From Desulfomonilaceae bacterium (lineage in GTDB: Bacteria > Desulfobacterota > Desulfomonilia > Desulfomonilales > Desulfomonilaceae): 32,000 nucleotides of DNA. Below are positions 16,992 through 26,993 of the stretch, in pieces. The stretch's first letter is position 1. Every line of letters starts with the position of its first letter. Where the stretch lies: the NCBI GenBank assembly GCA_052146735.1, contig JBKQMK010000202.1, positions 4,633 to 36,632 of the forward strand, written 5' to 3'. A model generated the notes under the pieces. It was not told the origin of the DNA. It saw only the letters and a program-made list of their open reading frames with translations, and did no database searches. A program made the position numbers and the translations under genes.

Positions 16992-17750
16992 ATGATTGAA
17001 TTGGACGGAGTCGGCATGTGCTATCCAAGCGGAACCGAGGCACTTCGGCCGACATGCCTCAGATTCTACAAGGGACACTTTACCGTGTTGCTGGGGCCGT
17101 CTGGCGCCGGCAAGTCTACACTGCTCCGCTGTCTCAACTTCCTGACCAGGCCTACGTGCGGTCAGGTAGTCATCGAAGGTCTGGGAAAACTCGACTTCAA
17201 CGCGAGAAAACTGCGACAACTCAGAGGCTTCACCGGCATGATTTTCCAACAGCATCAATTGATATCCGGCCAGAGCGCTTTGAAAAACGTTCTGGTGGGC
17301 CGACTCGGAAAATATAGCTCGTTTCGTAGCCTCTTTCCATTGCCAAGGCGTGAACAGGAGTTCGCGTTGGAATGTCTTGAGCGAGTCGGCCTTCTGGATA
17401 AGGCGCTGGAAAGAGTGGACAACCTTAGCGGAGGCGAGCAACAGCGGGTAGGCATAGCACGAGCACTTGCTCAAAAACCCCAGTTGATTCTCGCAGATGA
17501 ACCGGTCGCAAGCCTCGATCCCGGTACGGCTGACAGCGTGCTTTCACTCCTCCATAAGATAACCAAAGAGGATGTCATTCCCGCAATTGTCAGTCTTCAC
17601 CAGGTGGAATGGGCGAAAAAGTACGCTGACCGAATCATAGGACTGTCAGAAGGAGCTGTAGTGTTTGACGGAAGCCCCCAGAGCCTGTCCTCGGACATGC
17701 TCCAGCAGATATATCACGTGAAAAAAGTGAGGATCCCGGCCGCAGCCTGA
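16992..17750 (+). CDS. ptxA: Phosphite/phosphonate ABC transporter ATP-binding protein (PhnC family)
   Basis: Walker A GPSGAGKST, signature LSGGEQQRVGIARAL, Walker B LILADEPVASLD. The symbol is assigned from operon context with ptxD. Confidence 0.85.
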   Translation: MIELDGVGMCYPSGTEALRPTCLRFYKGHFTVLLGPSGAGKSTLLRCLNFLTRPTCGQVVIEGLGKLDFNARKLRQLRGFTGMIFQQHQLISGQSALKNVLVGRLGKYSSFRSLFPLPRREQEFALECLERVGLLDKALERVDNLSGGEQQRVGIARALAQKPQLILADEPVASLDPGTADSVLSLLHKITKEDVIPAIVSLHQVEWAKKYADRIIGLSEGAVVFDGSPQSLSSDMLQQIYHVKKVRIPAAA

Positions 17751-17815
17751 GTACGAGTGACGAGACACGATTATCGTATTGGGCTGGAGCCGGACTACCC
17801 TTGACTGCCATCTAG

Positions 17816-18703
<888 letters not shown>

Positions 18704-18724
18704 CGACTGCTGGAGCGCTGTTTC

Positions 18725-19522
18725 ATGAATGAACGTTACGACCGGGTACTAATCGAACAACGGAGGCAATGGTATTATTCGGCACTCCAGATCGCCCTGG
18801 TTGCTCCTGTCATCGCAATCTGTTTCTACTATGTAGGGTTGTTTGATCGGAAACGAGTGCTGGACGGCATACCATCTATATTGAGCCTGATCGCTGAAAG
18901 CCTGCCTCCAAATTTCAGTGACCTGCCCAATTGGTTCAAACCTCTTTTGGACACCTTGGCCATGAGCATTGCGGGCACAGCGATAGCAGTGGGATTATCG
19001 CTGCCGCTGGCCTTGCTCGGAGCACGTAATACGTCTCCACACCCACTGGTGTATCAGTTCACCCGAGGCGTGCTTAACGGATTGCGCTCCGTTCCAGAGC
19101 TGATAATGGGCATCATTTTTGTGGCTGCCGTCGGCTTTGGTGCGTTGCCGGGAGTGCTGGCACTGGGCCTTCACTCAGTGGGAATGGTAGGAAAATTCTT
19201 TGCCGAAGCCATTGAGCATGTGGCAGAGGAACCCGTTGAAGCGGTCAAGGCCGTAGGTGCGCGGCCAATGCAGGTTATTCTTCATGCAGTGCTACCACAG
19301 GTCTCGTCGCAAATAGCAGACGTGTCAATCTACCGGTGGGAGTACAATTTTAGGGCGTCGACGGTGATGGGAATGGTCGGAGCAGGCGGCATCGGTTGTG
19401 AATTGATGAGCGCGTTGCGAATCATGCAATATCAGCACGTATCAGCCATTCTGATCGTTATTCTGCTGATGGTCACATTGGTTGATAGCTTTGGCGCCCA
19501 CCTGAGGCAGCGCTTCAAATAG
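18725..19522 (+). CDS. ptxC: Phosphite/phosphonate ABC transporter permease (PhnE family)
   Basis: Multi-TM protein with a PhnE-like loop RSVPELIMGIIFVAAVGFGALPGVLALGLHSVGMVGKFFAEAIE. Confidence 0.85.
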   Translation: MNERYDRVLIEQRRQWYYSALQIALVAPVIAICFYYVGLFDRKRVLDGIPSILSLIAESLPPNFSDLPNWFKPLLDTLAMSIAGTAIAVGLSLPLALLGARNTSPHPLVYQFTRGVLNGLRSVPELIMGIIFVAAVGFGALPGVLALGLHSVGMVGKFFAEAIEHVAEEPVEAVKAVGARPMQVILHAVLPQVSSQIADVSIYRWEYNFRASTVMGMVGAGGIGCELMSALRIMQYQHVSAILIVILLMVTLVDSFGAHLRQRFK

Positions 19523-19542
19523 AGCCCAAAAAGGTCTGATGA

Positions 19543-20529
19543 ATGAAACATCGTGTGGTCATAACATCTTGGGTGCACCAGGAGGTGGTCCAGCTATTAG
19601 AGCAATCGTGCGAAGTCATCCCAAATAACGAGCGGGAGCCTCTGACACGTGAGGAAATCTTGCGACGAACACAAGACGCTCATGCCCTTATGGTCTTTAT
19701 GACAGACAGTATAGACGACGATTTCCTGATTGCCTGCCCGAATCTGAAGATTGTGGCCGCGGCTCTCAAGGGCTACGACAATTTCGATGTGGAAAGTTGC
19801 ACGCGGCGCGGCATTTGGTTCACCATTGTGCCGGACCTCCTCACCATTCCTACGGCAGAACTGGCGGTGGGGCTTCTGATCGGTTTGACGCGGAAGATGC
19901 TCGACGGCGACCGCTTCGTCCGGACAGGTCAGTTCAGAGGCTGGCGCCCCAAGCTTTACGGTACGGGTTTGGCCGGCCGATGTGTGGGAATAGTCGGGAT
20001 GGGGGCTTTGGGCCAGGCGGTCGCAAAACGCCTGGCTGGCTTTGAAATGGAATTGCTCTACACAGATCGAGTCCCTTTACCAGAGCGACAAGAACAAGCC
20101 TGGGGCCTCAGTCGCGTTTCTATGGAAAGTCTTTTGGGACGAAGCGATTTTGTGCTCTTATCCGTACCACTGACTCCTGATACCCTTTGCTTTATCGATG
20201 ACAAGGCCCTTGCCAAAATGAGGCCGGGCAGCTTCCTTGTCAATGTATGTCGGGGGTCTGTGGTGGATGAGGAGGCTGTTGTGTCGGCGTTGGCCTCCGG
20301 GCATCTTGCAGGATACGCGGCCGATGTATTCGAGTTCGAAGACTGGGCCAGGAAGGACGCTCCATCGGGTATCTCCCGGTCGCTTCTCGAAGAGGGCACC
20401 ACCTTTTTCACTCCCCACCTCGGTTCGGCTGTGGACGACGTGCGCCGTGAAATTGCATTGGAAGCCGCACGCAACATTCTGCAAGCATTCGCCGGAACCA
20501 AACCCGAGGGTGCCATAAATCGACTATAG
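19543..20529 (+). CDS. ptxD: NAD-dependent phosphite (phosphonate) dehydrogenase, D-2-hydroxyacid dehydrogenase family
   Basis: Colinear with my recollection of Pseudomonas stutzeri PtxD. Shared blocks: [42 protein letters not shown] (GxGxxG), CRGSVVDE (catalytic Arg), [14 protein letters not shown] (Glu), FTPHLGSAV (His). Confidence 0.9.
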   Translation: MKHRVVITSWVHQEVVQLLEQSCEVIPNNEREPLTREEILRRTQDAHALMVFMTDSIDDDFLIACPNLKIVAAALKGYDNFDVESCTRRGIWFTIVPDLLTIPTAELAVGLLIGLTRKMLDGDRFVRTGQFRGWRPKLYGTGLAGRCVGIVGMGALGQAVAKRLAGFEMELLYTDRVPLPERQEQAWGLSRVSMESLLGRSDFVLLSVPLTPDTLCFIDDKALAKMRPGSFLVNVCRGSVVDEEAVVSALASGHLAGYAADVFEFEDWARKDAPSGISRSLLEEGTTFFTPHLGSAVDDVRREIALEAARNILQAFAGTKPEGAINRL

Positions 20530-20802
20530 AATTCGCCAAATATAATGTCCGAGACTGAAGGTAACTCGGCGGGGGGAGCATCTTACAGACCCTGAACGGC
20601 TGTATGGACATCTCGCCTTTCCGCGGCGGACCTGAAGATGCCTGCCCATCTGCTGCTGATCGGATCAAGGGCGGGTATGGAATCCGCCCTCACCACGTAT
20701 TGTGCTACTGTCCTGATACGTCTGCGAATTTTGAGACAGTTTCAGATGCCGGTACCACCGGGAACAAAGCGTCATTTACTTGGAAGCGAAGTGGCATCAA
20801 CC

Positions 20803-21123
20803 TCATTGTTGCTGCCTCCACCAGATTCTGACCCTCGTAGCTACCAGCCAGACGATCCCGAAAACGAACAGCAGAGCGCCCAGACCTGACGACAGCATTA
20901 TGAGAAAACCCATCGCCGCCAGTATAGATGCGAGAATGACGTGGATTCTCAGATCGGTCCTAATCCGTTGTCTCCCCAGTAGTCCATTATCTGAAGCGGT
21001 CACCGCCTGGCTTTGCACCAGGGGGCCGAAACCGTGCTCGTCGCGCCCACAATGAAGACATACTTTTGCTTCCGCTGGTTTATCACCAAAACAGTGCGGA
21101 CACTTAACCATGTCTGCAGACAT
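20803..21123 (-). CDS. Zinc-ribbon membrane protein: N-terminal CxxC..CxxC plus two TM helices
   Basis: MSADMVKCPHCFGDKPAEAKVCLHCG.., then IHVILASILAAMGFLIMLSSGLGALLFVFGIVWLVA. AAGGGAG RBS. Confidence 0.6.
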   Translation of the reverse strand: MSADMVKCPHCFGDKPAEAKVCLHCGRDEHGFGPLVQSQAVTASDNGLLGRQRIRTDLRIHVILASILAAMGFLIMLSSGLGALLFVFGIVWLVATRVRIWWRQQQ

Positions 21124-21204
21124 AAAATCACTCCCTTCACCAAGCTGGCAGTAAACCTGGGAGAACAGGGCAGGGCGCTAACTCACGCCTCACCATATTA
21201 CCGC

Positions 21205-21624
21205 TTATAATAGGTCCGAGGTGGTTTTGTGCGGTTTCACCGGCTTCTCTTCTTCGACTCTTTTCCGCTGTTTCTGCGCGCGTGGTGGAGGCTTCGCGCG
21301 GCCACCTCTGGCGCGCTCCTCCACAGCTCTGACTCTTGCGGTAGCTACTTCTTCAGTCGGCTCGTCCTTTTTCGTCCTCCGGGCCGACGCCGGCCGGGTT
21401 GCTTCTATCCCCTTTGCCTTTTCTCTCCCCGGCCCCTCGGTAGCATCGCCGAGAATCTGCCGACCAGTTTCATAAAGCATGAATCCGCCCTTTAGAACAG
21501 CCTTCAACACGGGCCTGGTAGCAGACCATGCCAATGGTATAACTAGAGGCGCCGCAAGCAGGCCAGCTCCCACCGCGACGCCAGTCCATAAATCACCTTT
21601 TGGTCTGAAATCCCAAATTGCCAT
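21205..21624 (-). CDS. DUF5132-like small membrane protein with long Lys/Arg/Glu-rich tail (paralogue 1)
   Basis: MAIWDFRPKGDLWTGVAVGAGLLAAPLVIPL..VLKAVLKGGFMLYETGRQ.., then the tail RRTKKDEPTEE..RAQKQRKRVEEEKPVKPHK. AAGGAGG RBS. Paralogous to 27544..27810. Confidence 0.65.
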   Translation of the reverse strand: MAIWDFRPKGDLWTGVAVGAGLLAAPLVIPLAWSATRPVLKAVLKGGFMLYETGRQILGDATEGPGREKAKGIEATRPASARRTKKDEPTEEVATARVRAVEERARGGRAKPPPRAQKQRKRVEEEKPVKPHKTTSDLL

Positions 21625-21769
21625 TTTCAGCGCCCCTCCTTCTATGCTGTTTTTGACACCGTGGCGCCATCTTCTTGTCTCCCCCTATCCTGAGCCTGTG
21701 GTCTTATCCTCCCGATGTCAAGTTAGAGTTTCATCAACGAGTGATAATTGTGACGCCGAATCAAACCGC

Positions 21770-21952
21770 TCAATCATCGACTGACTCCGTTTCAGCGATC
21801 GAACTTATTTCGCTCGCCGCCTCCTCTATCGTCTTTATCTCCTTCAGAGTAGCCTCATCCAAGAGGCCGTAGGCATCGATGAACTTTTCCAAGTAGTCAA
21901 CGATCACTTTGCCGAGATGCATCCCAACGGAGAGTCCGACCCAAAACTCCAT
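21770..21952 (-). CDS. Hypothetical 60-aa protein: hydrophobic N-terminus, acidic C-terminus
   Basis: ORF 21770..21973. Internal ATG 21952 lies 7 nt after GGAGGAG. MEFWVGLSVGMHLGKVIVDYLEKFIDAYGLLDEATLKEIKTIEEAASEISSIAETESVDD. Confidence 0.45.
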   Translation of the reverse strand: MEFWVGLSVGMHLGKVIVDYLEKFIDAYGLLDEATLKEIKTIEEAASEISSIAETESVDD

Positions 21953-22234
21953 GACGTTTCTCCTCCGGGCCAAACATTCAAGACCGGCCCCATCCTATCT
22001 GTTATTCCCAAGCCCATCAAGCCTCATGAGAATGCCCTTCGGACCGCGACAACCGCCTGCAAGCAAAAACTCCAGAACTGACTGTAATCCCCAAAAATGC
22101 CTCCACATTAACATTTAATTTGTTGCTAATACTCTCCTAACATGTGGTAGGCAATTCTTATAACAGATGCGTGCAACAAGAGCCTCCGTGGAAAGGTTGC
22201 CGCCCTGCTCGTCAAAATCGAAAAGGAGAAACGC

Positions 22235-22606
22235 ATGGGCTACTATCTCCACGAGGTGCCGGGTCGTCTGAGAATACAGATTTCATCTCTGAAGAGAAAT
22301 TCCCAGCGCGCACAGGAGGTTCAGGATCTCCTGGAGGATCTCTCCGGCATCAAATCAACCTCTGTGAACACCGTTACAGGCAGCGTAATAGTTCATTATG
22401 ATCCGGACATCGTGCATTCCAGGACCATTCTGACTCTTCTTTCCCGGGAAGAGTATATTGACGTCGCAAGAGCGGTCTCAAGCCATCAATATGTGGAAAC
22501 AACTCTTTCCAAAGCAGGTCACCTCGCGTCCAAGGCCCTTCTCGGATTTGCGTTGGACCGAGCTTTGCAGGGCTCCCCGCTATCTATTCTCGCCGCTTTC
22601 ATCTAG
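22235..22606 (+). CDS. Stand-alone HMA-like (HMA_2-type, no CxxC) domain protein
   Basis: HEVPGRLRIQISSLKRNSQRAQEVQDLLEDLSGIKSTSVNTVTGSVIVHYDPD. Same pattern as the ATPase N-terminus and ORF 26994..27515. AAGGAG RBS. Confidence 0.7.
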   Translation: MGYYLHEVPGRLRIQISSLKRNSQRAQEVQDLLEDLSGIKSTSVNTVTGSVIVHYDPDIVHSRTILTLLSREEYIDVARAVSSHQYVETTLSKAGHLASKALLGFALDRALQGSPLSILAAFI

Positions 22607-22626
22607 AGTTCGCCAGAAAATATCTG

Positions 22627-22650
22627 AAACCTACCCCACTACTAGGTTTT
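22627..22650. terminator. Possible bidirectional hairpin between convergent HMA-like and MetK-like genes
   Basis: AAACCTA (22627-22633), a 9-nt loop, then TAGGTTT (22643-22649) followed by T. The stem is AU-rich and overlaps the MetK-like stop codon. Confidence 0.3.
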
Positions 22651-23832
22651 GAGAATATCCGCTTTGTCAGTCGCCTCCCACGGCAAGTCCATATCTGTCC
22701 GACCGAAATGACCGTAGGCGGCAAGTCTGCGATAAAATCCTCCCTTAGACTTGGAAGGCAGCCTAATCAAGTCGAACTGTTTGATGATCCCGCCCAGCCT
22801 AAAATCAAAATTCTTTTCCACCAGAGCACTGATTTCATCATCGGAGATCTTGCCCGTTCCCATGGTCTCCACCTGGATGCTCACCGGGCCCGCGAGGCCG
22901 ATTGAATAGCTGAGTTGAACCTCGCACTGGTCAGCCAACCCTGCGGCAACAATGTTCTTGGCTGCGTAGCGGGCTGCATAGGCCCCGACCCTGTCAATTC
23001 TCAACGGATCTTTTCCGCTCAGAGCGGACCCGCCGTTTCTCGAATACCCACCGTATGTGTCAATTGCGTTCTTTCTGCCCGTAAGACCCGAGTGCACGGA
23101 CGGCCCGCCCAATTTCAGAGGACCCCCCGGGTTTATTAATATTCTGGTTTTTTTGTCCGGGCCTATGGGCTCACCCTCAAATACCGCCTGTACAACCGCC
23201 TCCATCACGTCCTCTCGGAGACGCTCCGGTTTGGGGTAGGTCCGATCGTTCTGGCTTGAATTGATCGTGATGCTGTGGATTCTGCGAGGCACTCGATTAC
23301 GGTATTCCACACCGACCTGTGTGGTGCCGTCAGGCGCCAGATACGGCAACACGCCCTGCAGGCGCACTTCGGAAAGTCTTCGCGAAATCTTGTGCGCAAG
23401 CCATATCGGGAGTGGCAAGAGTGTAGGTGATTGATTGCACGCAAAACCGAAAAGAGTGACTTGATCGTATGCCACGATTCCGTCAATGTCTTTCTCGGAA
23501 GCTTCTTTTTCGTCAACCAGACAAGGATGCTCCGGCGTCATTTCTTTTAGGCTGGTTAGTATACTGCACGTTTTAAAGTTGAATTCATGGTCAATGTAGC
23601 CGATTTTTCGGATGACCTTTCTGGCTACGTTCGGAAAGTCCACCTTGACCTCCGATGCAAACCTGGCAGCGATGAAAACCAGGGAGAGCGACACCGCACA
23701 TTCGGCGATAATCCTGGCACAGACGTCACGTTCGAGAAAGCGGTCTACAATAGCATCGCTTATTTGATCGCACAGTTTATCGGGATGTCCTTCGGTAACC
23801 GATTCTGACGTGTGTATGAAGTCTTTTTTCAT
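22642..23832 (-). CDS. metK: S-adenosylmethionine synthetase family protein, divergent MetK-like
   Basis: Full-length colinearity with MetK: SESVTEGHPDKLCDQISDA, GLTGRKNAIDTYGG, SGKDP, AAYAARYAAKNIVAAGLA, AAYGHFGR. The GAGDQG motif reads VAYDQV, GGGAFSGKD reads NGGSALSGKD, and GGEIT reads AARFA. The ATG overlaps the ATPase stop codon (ATGA). Confidence 0.8.
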   Translation of the reverse strand: MKKDFIHTSESVTEGHPDKLCDQISDAIVDRFLERDVCARIIAECAVSLSLVFIAARFASEVKVDFPNVARKVIRKIGYIDHEFNFKTCSILTSLKEMTPEHPCLVDEKEASEKDIDGIVAYDQVTLFGFACNQSPTLLPLPIWLAHKISRRLSEVRLQGVLPYLAPDGTTQVGVEYRNRVPRRIHSITINSSQNDRTYPKPERLREDVMEAVVQAVFEGEPIGPDKKTRILINPGGPLKLGGPSVHSGLTGRKNAIDTYGGYSRNGGSALSGKDPLRIDRVGAYAARYAAKNIVAAGLADQCEVQLSYSIGLAGPVSIQVETMGTGKISDDEISALVEKNFDFRLGGIIKQFDLIRLPSKSKGGFYRRLAAYGHFGRTDMDLPWEATDKADILKT

Positions 23833-26800
23833 TTGCTTTGCACCGCTCCGCCTTTCGTGGCTTCAGTAATGAGTAGAGGAGCCAAGGAGGCAACCCCGAT
23901 CACGAGTGCGTCAAAGGCGCCCACCGGGGTTGTACCGAGCAAACTTCTCAGTCCGGGAACAAGGAAAGTGCCCAATTGTAACCCGAGCGAACCGATGACC
24001 GCTATGTTCAGGTACTTGTTGGGAGCCGCTTTCTCCGCATCGAATATGCTGCGGTGTTCCGAACGACAACTTATCGCGTGCAGGATCTGTGATGTCGTAA
24101 GGCTTTGAAACGCTAATGTTCCCGCTGCGGGACCCATGCCGTATCTCATGACCCCGTAGCCGTACGCTGCCAGTGAAGCCGTTGTCATTGTTGCCGCTTC
24201 GAAGGTTATTCTTTTAAAATCCTCCGTTTTGACAATGGGCTCCATAGGGTCCCGGGGGGGCTGGTTCATCACGTCCGGTTCGGCCGGTTCCAGAGCCAAA
24301 GCAAGGCCGGGAAATATATCGGAAACAAGGTTGATCCAGAGTAGTTGCATAGCATTAATGGGGTATCCCAATCCCAGGGCGCCTGCTATGAACATCACCT
24401 GGATTTCGCTGAAATTGGTGGCGAGAAGATAGTGGAGCGTTTTCCTGATATTGTTATAAATGGTTCGGCCATCGCTTATGGCAATAATCAGGGTTTCAAG
24501 GTCATCTTCCTCCAGTACCACGTCAGCCACATCACGAGCCACATCAGTGCCGGCCCGCCCCATGGCTATGCCGACGTCGGCTGCCTTGAGAGCAGGTCCG
24601 TCATTGATACCGTCGCCGGTCATGGCTACAACTTTGCCGGTGCTCTGAAGAGCTTGGACGATCTGGAGCTTGTTCGATGGGCTGACCCTTGAAAAGACGT
24701 GGACCTCGCTGCTCAGGGCTTTCAAGACGGCAGGATCGGTGCTTGTGAGATGTGTCGAATCGAGAATCTCTAATGACCCTCCATTATTAAGCCCCAACTC
24801 TTTGCCTACTGCATAAGCCGTGGGGCTCTGGTCCCCCGTGATCATTACCGTTTCGAGACCGGCCTTATGAAACATTGCGATGGATTCTTTTACCCGTTCC
24901 CTTATAGGGTCGGCCATGCCAACGAGCCCCAGCCAGGTAAAACCATTTTCGTTCTCCAACTGCTCTTCGCCATTCCGGATCGCGTACGCGACGCCAAGGA
25001 CCCGCAAAGCCTTGCCCGCCATCGCGTCATTTTCAGCATCAATGAGGTCTCTGTCTTCGTCACTAAGAGGGACTGTTGTCCCGTCCTTAATTTGATGGCC
25101 GCATTTAGCCAGAACTTCCGCAGGGCTTCCTTTCATAGCAACCAATCTGGTGTTATCCACAGACCCGTGTACAGTGCTCATGAATTGGCGATTATCGGAC
25201 CGGTAGTTAGTATCCATCAACGGGTGCTGCTCTCTCAAAGCGCGAACATCCACACCTGCGCTTATGGCCATGTGAATCAGAGCGTTCTCGGTCGCAGAGC
25301 CGTTCAACACATGTTGGCGCTTCCTCGTCTCTATTTGGGTCTCGTTGCACAGCACGCAGACATGAATAAGTTTCAAGACCTCGTCAGAGTTGCAGGGATC
25401 TAAAGTCCCTGCCGTGCCATAGAAGAGACCCTCCTTTATTTCTATGCGCTCCATCCCGGAATAGATTCTTAGGACCGACATCTTGTTATGCGTTATGGTG
25501 CCAGTCTTGTCGAAACATATCGTCTGGACCGAGCCGAGCGTGCATATTGCATCGAGATTCCGGATCAGGACTTTGTGCCGTCTCATGTTCTTGATCCCGA
25601 GCGCAAGCGTGGTCGTTGCAACAGCCGGCAGACCTTCCGGAACAGCCGCAACCGCAAGAGAAATTGCCGTCTTCAACATCTGGAGAAACCCGTTCCCGCG
25701 GACGAGGCCGATGAAGAAAACTAACCCGCAAACAGCGCCGGAGATTAAAACCAGTTGATCGCCTATTGTGCTTAACTGTCTCTCAATGGGCGTCTCAGGG
25801 GCTTCGGCCTCGCCAACAAGGCACTGGATTTTCCCCATTTCTGACAATCGACCGATGGCTACCACAACTCCCAGGCCCTGGCCTCCTGTAATCAAGGTGC
25901 CCGAGTAGATCATGTTGGTGCGATCTGCAAGAGGAATCCTTGAGCCTTTGAGCGGCAATGCAATCTTGCTAACAGGCATGCTTTCGCCTGTGAGCACCGA
26001 TTCGTCGGCAGTCAAATGACCGGCCTCCACCAGCCTCGCGTCGGCAGTGACGTAGGTCCCGGGCTTGAGCACAAGAATGTCTCCCACCAGAACCTGCTCC
26101 GCGGGTATTTCCAGCGAGCTTCCATCTCGCATTACCTGGGCGTAAGGGCGGATCAGCTTCTTCAGTGAATTAATGGTCTTTTCTGCCTCACTTTCTGTAA
26201 CATAGCCAATTACCGCGTTGATGCCAACCACGGCCATAATTACAACGGCGTCAGCCAGGCCCCCGGTAACCACGGAGAGGCCGGCAGCGGCAGCCAGCAA
26301 CCCAACGGGGAGAGACATGAACTGGTCGATAAAGATCGCCCACTTGGAGCGAGAAAGCGCCTCAGGGACAACATTGAGGCCGTATTTGCTAAGGCTGGTC
26401 TTGGCTGCTTCGGCTGACAGTCCTTTTTTCTTTGAGGAATTCAGCGACGCAAGCACGAATTTGGCGTCCATTAAGTGCCAGGGCTTGGTCTCCTGCTCTC
26501 TCGTAGCAAGAAAATACGGCTCATCTTTCTTGCCGCGGGTGACCCTGAGCTCGGTTACACGGGCGGGGACGCTCTGTGGAAAAAGGCCCGAACCATTCTC
26601 TCCCTGAGACGCTTCTAGCTCTTGCTGGTAAGTTACAGCGATCTGCTCCACGTGCGAAGCGATCTTGCGGGGGTTGCAGTCGGGATCAAAGGTAATAAGG
26701 ACGTTTCCGGTCAGAATGTTGGCAGAAACTTCACCCACCTCCGGGACTTCCAAAAGCAACATTTCCAGTCGGTATTTGAGTGACACTGAACGGTAGAGGC

Positions 26801-26855
26801 CCCTGACCCTGTACCTCCCTCTACCTCTGACGGAGCTATGGATTTGTTTCACCAA
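23829..26855 (-). CDS. P-type ATPase, PIIA (SERCA-like) cation pump with N-terminal HMA-like domain
   Basis: TGES (LTGESMPV), VAAVPEGLPAVATTTLALG (TM4), ICFDKTGTITHN (phosphorylation site), MITGDQ, VAMTGDGINDGPALKAADVGIAMG, TM5 YLLATNFSEI, TM6 NLVSDIFPG. N-terminal ~75 aa: GRGRYRVRGL..VGEVSANILTGNVLITFDPD. Start is TTG 26855 or GTG 26852. Confidence 0.92.
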   Translation of the reverse strand: MVKQIHSSVRGRGRYRVRGLYRSVSLKYRLEMLLLEVPEVGEVSANILTGNVLITFDPDCNPRKIASHVEQIAVTYQQELEASQGENGSGLFPQSVPARVTELRVTRGKKDEPYFLATREQETKPWHLMDAKFVLASLNSSKKKGLSAEAAKTSLSKYGLNVVPEALSRSKWAIFIDQFMSLPVGLLAAAAGLSVVTGGLADAVVIMAVVGINAVIGYVTESEAEKTINSLKKLIRPYAQVMRDGSSLEIPAEQVLVGDILVLKPGTYVTADARLVEAGHLTADESVLTGESMPVSKIALPLKGSRIPLADRTNMIYSGTLITGGQGLGVVVAIGRLSEMGKIQCLVGEAEAPETPIERQLSTIGDQLVLISGAVCGLVFFIGLVRGNGFLQMLKTAISLAVAAVPEGLPAVATTTLALGIKNMRRHKVLIRNLDAICTLGSVQTICFDKTGTITHNKMSVLRIYSGMERIEIKEGLFYGTAGTLDPCNSDEVLKLIHVCVLCNETQIETRKRQHVLNGSATENALIHMAISAGVDVRALREQHPLMDTNYRSDNRQFMSTVHGSVDNTRLVAMKGSPAEVLAKCGHQIKDGTTVPLSDEDRDLIDAENDAMAGKALRVLGVAYAIRNGEEQLENENGFTWLGLVGMADPIRERVKESIAMFHKAGLETVMITGDQSPTAYAVGKELGLNNGGSLEILDSTHLTSTDPAVLKALSSEVHVFSRVSPSNKLQIVQALQSTGKVVAMTGDGINDGPALKAADVGIAMGRAGTDVARDVADVVLEEDDLETLIIAISDGRTIYNNIRKTLHYLLATNFSEIQVMFIAGALGLGYPINAMQLLWINLVSDIFPGLALALEPAEPDVMNQPPRDPMEPIVKTEDFKRITFEAATMTTASLAAYGYGVMRYGMGPAAGTLAFQSLTTSQILHAISCRSEHRSIFDAEKAAPNKYLNIAVIGSLGLQLGTFLVPGLRSLLGTTPVGAFDALVIGVASLAPLLITEATKGGAVQSK

Positions 26856-26993
26856 CTCGGTTAGCCTCTAAGGCGCAACAGTACACTTCCGCGCCGGAAC
26901 GCAGTACGTCACGCCGAAATTTGCCCTCTGCTTCATCAAAAAGGGGTTTAAGTTAATCTATTTATCGCAACACCGAGGGTTGGGACGTGGATA

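Noticed and set aside
20058-20516. 152-aa and 108-aa minus-strand ORFs and a 93-aa plus-strand ORF overlapping ptxD.
   Set aside because: These are alternative frames or the opposite strand of the well-supported ptxD. The translations are low-complexity.
24229-26607. Plus-strand ORFs (for example 24867-25403 at 178 aa, and 26218-26607 at 129 aa) opposite the P-type ATPase.
   Set aside because: Shadow ORFs. The ATPase frame carries all the P-type signature motifs.
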